Below, piece by piece: positions 54,501-64,000 of a stretch of DNA of 64,000 nucleotides. The stretch comes from Eledone cirrhosa (Eukaryota). Both the position numbers and the translations under genes were made by a program. The stretch is taken from contig OZ024742.1 of the NCBI GenBank assembly GCA_964016885.1, positions 237,026,001 through 237,090,000 of the forward strand, in the 5' to 3' direction. How positions within the stretch are numbered: position 1 is the stretch's first letter; every line of letters begins with the position of its first letter. Below the pieces are notes generated by a model. The model was not told where the DNA came from. It saw only the letters and a program-made list of their open reading frames with translations, and did no database searches.

Positions 54501-54645
54501 GTCACTACGCAATAAATATTTTTCGTCTGTAAACGAAACTTCCTCGTTTTTTCTATTATATATATACATATGAGAGAGAAAGAGAGAGGGGGTAGGAAGA
54601 GATATGGTATGTGTGTTTCTAGAAATACGACATATAACCAATTAT

Positions 54646-54762
54646 GAAGAAGAAGAAGAAGAAGAAGAAGAAGAAGAAGAAGAAGAAGAAGAAGAAGAAG
54701 AAGAAGAAGAAGAAGAAGAAGAAGAAGAAGAAGAAGAAGAAGAAGAAGAAGAAGAAGAAGAA
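54646..54762. repeat. (GAA)n microsatellite
   Basis: Direct reading. Confidence 0.97.
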
Positions 54763-55080
54763 ATTAATTCAAATGATTGTCCTTTGATACAACTAAAGTG
54801 TTTAATAAATGACCAAGCCACAGACTGTACGATTTTGGCATCGTAAACGACCTAATCAATCAAAATGATCGAAGATATCTATCAGACTATGGTAGATGGT
54901 GCCAGTGTGTAACACTGTGACAGATGTAATAACTTTTAAACTGAAATTAACCCTCACCATTCAGTTCTTCCTTCTACTTTTCGTTGTTATTGTTGTTGTT
55001 GTTGGTGGTGGGGTTGCCGTTGGTGTGGTGATGGCAGGGTTCTCGTTGAGATGGTGGTAGAAATCGTTGTTGTTGGTTGT

Positions 55081-55700
55081 GGTGTTGTTGATAGCAGTGG
55101 TGCTGTCGTTGGTGGGGTGGTGTTATTGATAGCAGTGGTGCTGTCGTTAGTGGGGTGGTGTTGTTGATAGCAGTGGTGCTGTCGTTAGTGGGGTGGTGTT
55201 GTTGATAGCAGTGGTGTTGTCGTTGGTGGGGTGGTGTTGTTGATAGCAGTGGTGCTGTCGTTGGTGGGGTGGTGTTGTTGATAGCAGTGGTGTTATTGTT
55301 GGTGGGGTGGTGTTGTTGATAGCAGTGGTGTTGTCGTTGGTGGGGTGGTGTTGTTGATAGCAGTGGTGCTGTCGTTAGTGGGGTGGTGTTGTTGATAGCA
55401 GTGGTGCTGTCGTTGGTGGGGTGGTGTTGTTGATAGCAGTGGTGTTGTCGTTGGTGGGGTGGTGTTGTTGATAGCAGTGGTGTTGTCGTTGGTGGGGTGG
55501 TGTTGTTGATAGCAGTGGTGTTGTCGTTGGTGGGGTGGTGTTGTTGATAGCAGTGGTGCTGTCGTTAGTGGGGTGGTGTTGTTGATAGCAGTGGTGTTGT
55601 CGTTGGTGGGGTGGTGTTGTTGATAGCAGTGGTGCTGTCGTTGGTGGGGTGGTGTTGTTGATAGCAGTGGTGTTATTGTTGGTGGGGTGGTGTTGTTGAT
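55081..55700. repeat. 38-bp G/T-rich minisatellite, ~16 copies
   Basis: Unit GGTGTTGTTGATAGCAGTGGTG(C/T)TGTCGTT(G/A)GTGGGGT; starts at 55081, 55271 (+5x38) and 55651 (+15x38). Confidence 0.95.
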
Positions 55701-56439
55701 GTTATGGTGGTGGTGGTAGTGGTGGTGGTGGTGGTGGTAGTGGTGGTGTTATCGTCGTTGGTGTACTAATGGTGTTGGCGATTCTATCAATGGCGTGGGA
55801 GTGATGTTGTTGGTGTGGTGACGGTGGCATTGCCGTTGGTGTAGTGTTATTGTTGTTGTTGTTGTTGCTGGTTGTGGTGTTGTTGATAGCAGTGGTGCTG
55901 TTGTTGGTGGGGTGGTGTTGTTAGTGTTATGGTGGTGTTGTTGTTATCGTCGTTGGTGTACTAATGGTGTTGGTGATTCTATCAATGGTGTGGGAGTGAT
56001 GTTTTCGGTGTGGTGACGGTGGCATTGTCGTTGATGTAGCGGTGTTGTTGTTGGTTGTTGTGGTGTAGTCATTTCTGTGGTGATGTTTGTTGTTGTTGTT
56101 GTAGTTGGTGGTGAGGCTTTCATGAAGAGATTATCCTTGTTGTTAGTATTACTGCTACCGTTGTTGATGATGTTGTTTTTATCGTCGTTGATGTGGTTGT
56201 TATTACTGTTGCTTTTATTTTTTGTTTTTTTGTCGTATATTTATTTTCTCAATTTGTATTTGAAATTAATTTGTCTTCTATATTCATCACACACACACAC
56301 ACACACACAGACTCGCACACACATGTATACATCACACACACTTGCACACACATAGACAAACTTTATAGTTAAACAAAGAAACTTTATTTAACTATTGCAA
56401 TCTAAGTGGATTTTGTGAAACTATAAAGTGTTATGTTGA

Positions 56440-56700
56440 AAGTGCGTGGTCTAGTGGTTATGGTACTGAGATCACGATAATAAGATCGTGGGTTCGATTC
56501 GCATATCGGGTAACACGTTGCGTCCTTAAGCATGGCAATCAACTCACCTGAAAATGAGGTAACAGCAACAATTGAACGTTAACCTCGCAATGGACTGGCG
56601 TCAGTCCAGGGGTTAATCATATACTATAGTTTAATGTCAAGAAAACTAGAATAAACTCTAGCATGATGATCCACCGAACTTGAGACTGGGATAGACTCAA
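56440..56700 (+). mobile_element. third tRNA-derived SINE (head remnant also at ~53575-53640)
   Basis: TGGTCTAGTGGTTA A-box, GGGTTCGATTC B-box, central CCTCGCAATGGACTGGCGTC..TCCAGGGG domain. Confidence 0.65.
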
Positions 56701-59009
56701 CTCTGATAACCCACCATCCCGGGATGAGGACAGACTTTAAACTTTAACAAGTACTGTGTCATCTGCAAGAATGCCGGTGATGTTAAGAAGTTTCCTATGC
56801 AACGATAGGGTTTACAATTCGATCTCAACATTGCATTACATTGACTAGAATTTTCCATAATATATTTGATTTTTGATTGATTTGTGATTGATATTTGGTC
56901 GACAGAAAAAGCGGAAGCTGTGGGATTTTTTCCAATCAAGCAGTGTCTGGTGCAGGGAGTGGGTCTTGTATTCTCAGTAGGTTAACGCAACCAAAGCTGG
57001 ATATGCTCCGTGCTCCGTTCAAGCTGTGCAAGCATGGAAATACAGATGTAAAGCGATAGCTCTAATTTACTCATTAATATTAGAACAATTGGATAGATTA
57101 CCATTAACTTCGAGCAACGATATATGCCTGCATTACACAGCTTAGTATATCTCTTAGTTTTGAGTTCAATTTCTCTACCGGTCATTTGAATAAATAATGG
57201 CAATATATAAAAGAGAATTAGGCGGGTGCAGATTATTGGAATTGGTAAAGTGTCTGATAAAACGCCATTGTGGAATTTGTTCTGGTTCTTTACGTTCTGA
57301 GTTCAAATCCCACTAAGGTCAACTTTGCTTTTTATCCTTCCGGGTCTTTAATCTGTTGTTTTTAATCAACTTTGCCCTTCTCCCAAATTTGCTAGCCCTG
57401 TATCTGACTTTAGGATGCTGATGGTGCAGTCCATTTTGGTGCAAGCACACGAACCACGTCTCCAGCTTAAAGATATTTTACTCGCACCTTTCAACCAGAA
57501 TCGGAGGCCTTAAAAAGGGCCGTGGGAAACGTCCTTCACTCTATGGCAGAACAGGAAAAACAAAAAAAGGCTTATATTTGAGAATGAAATAGAATAAAAA
57601 ATCTTTTGTGCAGGCATGGTTGTATGGTTAAGGAATTTGTTTCGTAACCATGTGATTTCGAGTCCAGTCTCATTGTCTTGTACCCTGGGCAAATGTCTTC
57701 TATAGCCTATGGTTGACTTTACTGTTTACTTCTGTCCCCATAAGTTTATGGTTCGACAAAAGAAGAGAACGATAAAATAAGTACAAAAAGAATTTGTACC
57801 GGAGTCAATATAATAAATAGACTAAAACGCCTTCATGGCGGCGCCGTGGCATTTTCTTATGATGACTGAAACCAGTAAAAGAAAGAAGGGGAATAACCAT
57901 TATTTTAGAAACTAAATTTTCTAGCTCTAATTGCTCATTACATTAAAAGAGAAAATTATGATTTCCTTGATAGTTTCCGCTTTTTGTTATATAGTTTTGT
58001 GAGGTGCAATGTAAAATTTAGGTTAATGATTTTATTAAAGTTTATCGTGTGGAAACAGCTTCGTCTTATAGACTGTCTTAATTTGCTGGCTTACAAACTA
58101 GACGGTTCGATCTACGAAAAGATGGAACGTCTGTTTACCAATAACTGCCATTAATGCAGTTGGAAACTAATTAATTAAAAATGCACGTGCTTGTAACAAG
58201 ATCTGATAAACGTTTTATTAATGGATAAAATTTAAATGATGAAAATTAATTTTGGTTGATTTAGCAGTCGAGCAGTTTTGTAGAGGTGTGTTACAGGTTA
58301 TAGCATCGTTAACACATAATGGCCTCATCTGATGTTAGGGCTGAAAATAGAGATTTATTATAACCTTGTGATAAAGTAGGATTGTTATTACCATTTGCTT
58401 CCGGATTTTATATCATGCGAAGTAAATGCAAAAGCGAAAGAAAAACCGAACAAATAAAAGAAAGAAAGCAAAAGAAATATTAATGAATTTTGTTAAGGTT
58501 CATCATGTGGAAAATTATCTAAAAATTATCTTTCTTACTGATTTATTGTTAGCGATCATTTTCTTCATATTTAAGATTATTTTCCAATGAGTAAACCTCT
58601 GACAACAATGGCTAGAACACTCAAGCGGTATCTGTGAGATATGTGGTTTATTTCCTCATAGCGGCCACTGGTACCATTTTTCTGTCTATAAGAGGTATTT
58701 ATCCGATTTTCTATGCTATTTATAGCAACCGACTGTATTTACTGTTATTTTCCTGTCTCTGGACATACATTTTTCTACAAATTCATAATCTCTCGGCGCT
58801 TCGAAACATAGAAAGTTCGAACTCTGCATACGATGTTTGTGTGTTGTGTCTGTATGTTTATAGTTCCTCTTCCCTTTGTTTACCATTTCTTTAACTTGTC
58901 TGCACCATATCTTGTCTTTTTTCCAGTCGTAAGACTTATATTATTGTGCATTTACGTGCCCTGGTGGCTCATTTGGTAGGAGTGCTGGACTTTGAAACTA
59001 ACATTTTAT

Positions 59010-59200
59010 GGCAGTGGATTGGCAGTATCGGTAGAGGGTCGAACGCCATGCTTTGACGCATAGAGTTACGACCCTTGCCATTCTGAGTTCAAATCCCGCC
59101 GAGGTTAACTTTACCTTTCATCCTTACGGGGTCGATAAAATAAGTACCAGTAATGCACTGGGTAATTGCTGGCCTTGTGCCAACAGTAGAAACAATTATT
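59010..59200 (+). mobile_element. young tRNA-derived SINE
   Basis: Full unit of the 17.2-kb family, CTTTGACGCATAGAG variant. Confidence 0.9.
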
Positions 59201-59939
59201 GTGTATTTACGTACTCACTTTGCTGTCCTAGTCGAAAGGAACTCCCTTGTTGTTTCTCTGTCTCTATGTTGTTGTGTTGTTTCATACAATTATCCGGCAG
59301 CGTGTTCAAACCGCCATACAGACCTTGGTTCAATATTATGAAAACCTATTCTTGTGCACAAAATTGTGTATTTATAGAATAGGCACGCCTATTATATAAC
59401 AACGAAATAGTTAAGGAAATTTCACACAGGAGTGTTTTATATATGAAATACAAATACATTAACGTTTCACATGCCATTTGTATCCAACCATGGGCTCTGA
59501 ACAACCGATGTAGTTGTAGGGGGTTGTCGGGAAGGGCGAAGAAGAATAGCATCTCTTGGGCATTCTAAACTTGGCTGAATACACACTTTTGTATATCTGA
59601 GTACAGCATATTTCTTCGAGAGAAAGTGAGATAGAGGAAAAGTAAACCCAGTGCCGAACTGGTACTTAATTTGTTGACCCCAAAAGAGTGTAAAGCAAGA
59701 TTGACCTCAGTGGGGATTGAAATTGGAACGCAGAAAGTTTGAACGAATATCGCAAAGCATTTTACTTATCCACTCAGCTGGAAAACATGTATTAGACTTG
59801 CAATTCACAGGGTCGACCTTGTTGCACACTGTGTTAAGATCTTGTCCTACACAGAGAACTACGATAAAGGTACACGTGTTTGTGCAAATGTTCATCCACT
59901 CTCATGTTAATTTCCCGAACAGAATGTTCAGTATTCAGT

Positions 59940-60448
59940 AATATGAAGAAGGTAGGTAGGTGTAAAAGCCAAACTTGCTATCTTCAATTCAGTATTCGTC
60001 CCAACTCTTCCCTATAGTCATGAATCTTGGATAATGGCGGAAAGAATACGATCGCGTGTTCAAGCGTCCGAAATGGGGTTCTTCCAAAAGGTCTATGGAG
60101 TAACGCTACTCGATAGAGTGTGAAGCTCGGAGATCAGAGAGTCACTCCAGGTAGAGCCACTACTTCTCCGAATTGAGAGATCACAGTTCCGATACTATGA
60201 GCATGTGGTTAGAATGTCTCAGGAAACAATTCTGAGCATGATGGTTGGATAACATCCATGAGCTCAGCTGATCTCAATTGGGGATCCAGCTGAATCAATT
60301 GGAGACGGTTGCTTCTGACAGGAAGGAGTGTTTCAGGCCTCTACCCCCACGACCTACTCAGGAATAAGTGGGCGATGGTAGAAGAAGAAGAAGAAGAAGA
60401 AGAAGAAGAAGAAGAAGAAGAAGAAGAAGAAGAAGAAGAAGAAGAAGA
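59940..60448 (+). pseudogene. RTE-type LINE 3' remnant with (GAA)n tail
   Basis: KAKLAIFNSVFVPTLPYSHESWIM...QASEMGFFQKVYGVTLLDRV*SSEIRESLQVEPLLLRIERSQFRYYEHVVRM. Confidence 0.85.
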
Positions 60449-60465
60449 TTGTTTTGATCGCATCA

Positions 60466-60496
<31 letters not shown>

Positions 60497-60685
60497 CTTC
60501 TTCTTCTTCTTCTTCTTCTTCTTCTTCTTCTTCTTCTTCTTCTTCTTCTTCTTCTTCTTCTTCTTCTTCTTCTTCTTCTTCTTCTTCCAGTGATACCCGA
60601 GAGGGCCGTGCGAGCAATCCTCAGACACGCCGTCCAGAGGGTCCTATAGGGAGAAAACGTTTCCAAACGATCCGACAGGAGTAAT
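60466..60685 (-). mobile_element. probable RTE-type 3' end with (GAA)n tail on the minus strand
   Basis: (TTC)n at 60467-60587 followed by ~95 bp of GC-richer unique sequence; family assignment is inferred. Confidence 0.45.
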
Positions 60686-61531
60686 TAGTCTGTAATTAAT
60701 ATCGTTTTCATCCACGCCACATAGTTGTTATTAGTTAGCCTCTTAATATTTCCTTAATAAAATCCTCTTAATATTTTCTTAATAAAATCCCTTAACTAAT
60801 GAAAGAACCGTAGGGGGACCGTCTTGACGTACAGCGTGTCTTGGGCATTTAAACCAGGCGGAGCACATTCCTACCCATGTCTGAATACTACCAAAGCACC
60901 TAAAACCCTTAGCAAAAACAAGATATGTACAACCTACCAAGTCATACACGAATGTACGTGCCATTTCTAGTTTCTTTTTCATCTTACATCATAGTTAAAA
61001 GTGCTTAATAAGGTGTGTAAAAATAATAGTTCACAAGACTTATCACAGTCATAGTTAGTGTTCTTCAGCAGACGTACCTCTGCCGTTATCAAACTGGAAG
61101 GTAATGAGATCTGACAGACTGTTGAAGAATATAAACTCTTCAAATGCTTCATGAGAGTTGTATATTAGTTTAGGTATTGATTTTCCTGTGAAAATTCGAT
61201 ATATTTACATATGTATATATTTATCTTTTTTTGCTGGAAGGTATAACGTATATATATGTATGTATGTATGTATGTGTGTGTGTGTGTGTGTATGTATATA
61301 TGTATGTATGTGTGTATGTGTGTGTGTGTATGTATGTATGTATATATGTGTGTGTATGTATGTATGTGCGTATGTATGTATGTATGTATGTGTGTATGTA
61401 TGTATGTATGTATGCATGTATGTATGTATGTATGTATGTATGTATGTGTGTGTGTATGTATGTATGTATGTGTGTGTGTGTGTGTATGTATGTATGCGTG
61501 TGTATGTATGTATGTATGTATGTATGTATGT

Positions 61532-61562
<31 letters not shown>

Positions 61563-61580
61563 CATGTATGTATGTATGTA

Positions 61581-61656
<76 letters not shown>

Positions 61657-61679
61657 CGTGTGTATGTATGTATGTATGT

Positions 61680-62390
61680 TCGGGTTTTATAATTTTATAA
61701 ATTTTTACCAATAGAGAGAGAGTCGATTTCTAATATAGACACAAGACTCTCTCATTGGAATTTACACAGCATCAACTAGGTAGATATGTATGCATGTCTG
61801 CATGCTTGCATGTGTGTGCAGGTATGGATGTTATTTTATGTGTAGATGTGTATGTTTTGAGTTATATGTGTGCATGTGAATATATTTTGTATCTGTACAT
61901 GCATACATGCAGTTATTACATACAGAACTTTTGAAATGTTTCACATATTTTTTACTGTTCCATGGATTGTACTTGTAATTTCCTAACTAGTTGTGTTCTT
62001 TCTGTTTTTGTGAAGCCCAGCTTCTCGGGATTTGTACTGAGGCAGTTACTAACATATCCCAGTGCCCCAATAATCACAGGTATAAATCTGAAGGTATAGT
62101 CAGGGTGGAGTATTTGCAGATTCCTCATTGGCTCTGCATAGATATTCTTCTTTTCACTTTTCACTAATCTTCAATTTTATATTGGCATCTGGTGGGCAGT
62201 TAACATCCACAACTGTGCATTCCTTCTTTTCCATGTCCCATATCATTATATCTGGTTTGTTATATTTGCATTTTATTGGGGTTTTGACTGGAACAATCCA
62301 CCAGTACTCTTTCATACTATGTATGTGTATCTCTTCCACATTGCTATAACTGTTAATATGTTTATTGTCAGGGTTATCTGTTCTATTAAT
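61680..62390 (-). mobile_element. R4/Dong-like 3' fragment (family B) abutting (TATG)n
   Basis: EYWWIVPVKTPIKCKYNKPDIMIWD..., MRNLQILHPDYTFRFIPVIIGALG; the 3' UTR matches 35640-35860; (TACA)n-containing tract at its 3' end. Confidence 0.9.
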
Positions 62391-63020
62391 ATCATCCTCA
62401 AGTTAGCAAGAAACAGCTGGGGGCCTGTGCACACACACACTGGACTGTGTGCTTAGCATTTACATACTCAGTTGCAGAGTACTGTTCACCGGTCTGGGCA
62501 GGGAGCTGTCATGTCAGTCAAGTTGACACCATTCTCAACTCGGCAATGAGAATAGTATCTGGCACACTGAAATCTACACCTACTTTGTGGCTGCCTGCGC
62601 TTTCTCATGTAGTTCCTTCTCACATGTGACATCAGGAGATGAACCTTCACAACATGCGCTTGAAATCCTGCAAACCATTCTGGGAATCAATTCAAGACAG
62701 TAACTTTGATCTAAAGGAAGACTGGACAAGATCATGGAATGAGTCGAATTTGCCAGCCTAGACCTCGTCCAGGACCCCACATCTAAACTTGCCGGCTTTG
62801 ACCTTCCCAGAAGGCAATGGGTGTCTCTTAATTTGATGTGCACAGCACATACCAGGACAGCCCGTTATATCCATCAATAGAAAATGAAAAACAGCTTAGC
62901 ATGTCACTGTGAGGACCTTGAACTGACAGTGCGGCATATTGTTCAGGATTGCTCTCTCAGGTCATTTGTCTCTAATCTCACTATAATGAAGCTAAATTTA
63001 CTGGCTATAATTTAGTAAAA
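62391..63020 (+). pseudogene. Vingi/Ingi-like LINE C-terminal remnant
   Basis: KLARNSWG..., LAFTYSVAEYCSPVW..SCH..VD..LN..MRIVSGTLKSTP..WLPAL, GFDLPRRQWVSLN, C.C...T..HIV.DC. Confidence 0.75.
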
Positions 63021-63817
63021 ACTTATATACTGTTCAGTTAGTAATCGTTTTGAGTAGACACATGTATGGCTGGATGGTTAAGAAGTTCACTTCGCAGTCC
63101 TAAGTCCCCACGTTCGATCGGACTGCACAGAATCATGGGAAAGCCTCGTGAGTTAAATATGGTAGGAAATTCGTCGGATGGATTGTAATTGTAATTCAAA
63201 AGTCTGGCCTCGTCACATATTTTGTCACGCTGATTCTGTCTGAGAATTAAGTTAAGAGAACAATTTTGTATTTTGTTGAATACTTCAACCACTTACACGT
63301 GAATTCACGAGCTGAACGTTCAGTTGATCGGACAACTAAATGCTCATTGTCGAAACCGACGGAGCGTCATCATTATGCTCAGTGTGTTGATGTTGATTGC
63401 TCCGGCTTTTATCCTTTTGGTGTCGATGAAATAAAGCCCCACTCCAGTAAGGGTTGAATGAGAGCTTTTGTTTGGTTCTTTACCTTAAGAGTTCAAATCC
63501 TGCTGTGGGCTACTCGAGTGGTAGATATAATCCCTGACCCTGATTTAACACCACAACCAAACAATGGACGTGAATAATCTAATTCCCAGTCCTCCGCCAT
63601 TTACATGTTAATTCACTAGTTGGACGTTCAGTCGATCAAATAACTAAATGGGCATCATCAAAATCGACGGAGCAACGATCATCATTCTATGTGTGAAAAT
63701 TACTCGCAGATTCCATTTAAAGAGATAACGAAATATCACTGACAACATTCTAGTAACGTTATTCTTTTTATTCATTACCATGATTATCTCCTTAAGGATC
63801 ATTATCATGACAACTAA

Positions 63818-64000
63818 GGGCGGTGGATTGGCAGTATCGGTAGAGGGTCGGACGTCATGCTTTGACGCATAGAGTTACGGCCCTTACCATTCTGAGTTCA
63901 AATCCCGCCGAGGTTAACTTTGCCTTTCATCCTTATGGGGTCGATAAAATAAAGTACCAGTAATACACTGGGTATTTTGCTGGCCTTGTGCCAAAAGTAG
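63818..64000 (+). mobile_element. young tRNA-derived SINE (runs off window end)
   Basis: Same unit as the third 17.2-kb copy. Confidence 0.9.

Noticed and set aside
55081-55700. CRISPR array or mucin-like coding repeat
   Set aside because: No unique spacers; the 38-bp period is not a multiple of 3 and no ORF spans it.
56697-57203. Two short minus-strand ORFs in unique sequence
   Set aside because: No recognisable domain or coherent exon structure.
58958-59002. tRNA gene (GCCCTGGTGGCTCATTTGGTAGGAGTGCTGGACTTTGAA)
   Set aside because: Only a 5' half; the T-arm and acceptor 3' strand are missing before the adjacent SINE, so it is a fragment at best.

Overview
AT-rich, microsatellite-dense eukaryotic DNA, intergenic or deep intronic. 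The SINE families and (TA)n/(CA)n density resemble an octopod cephalopod genome (inference from recalled repeat motifs, not a database hit). No host protein-coding gene can be supported; most ORF-track entries are microsatellite translations. The window is a mosaic of mobile DNA. It holds a 5'-truncated Penelope-like element (PLE) with an open RT + GIY-YIG frame and ~900-bp inverted pseudo-LTRs (47.8-50.7 kb), two further PLE endonuclease remnants, and many short PLE-type termini inserted in (TA)n. It also holds three R4/Dong-like RLE retrotransposons stacked in one (TACA)n tract (34.3-38.3 kb), a degenerate CRE-like element plus two fragments, RTE and Vingi-like LINE remnants, Helitrons and many tRNA-derived SINEs. 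The most striking signal is more than a dozen type I hammerhead-ribozyme (HHR) motifs read by eye. They show recurrent non-canonical features: a U3-A8 swap, U4C, a U.U pair at the base of stem II, a conserved C.C mismatch in stem II, and 50-65 nt stem II insertions. Fold-back inverted repeats are also very dense. All structures were folded by eye; no searches were run.
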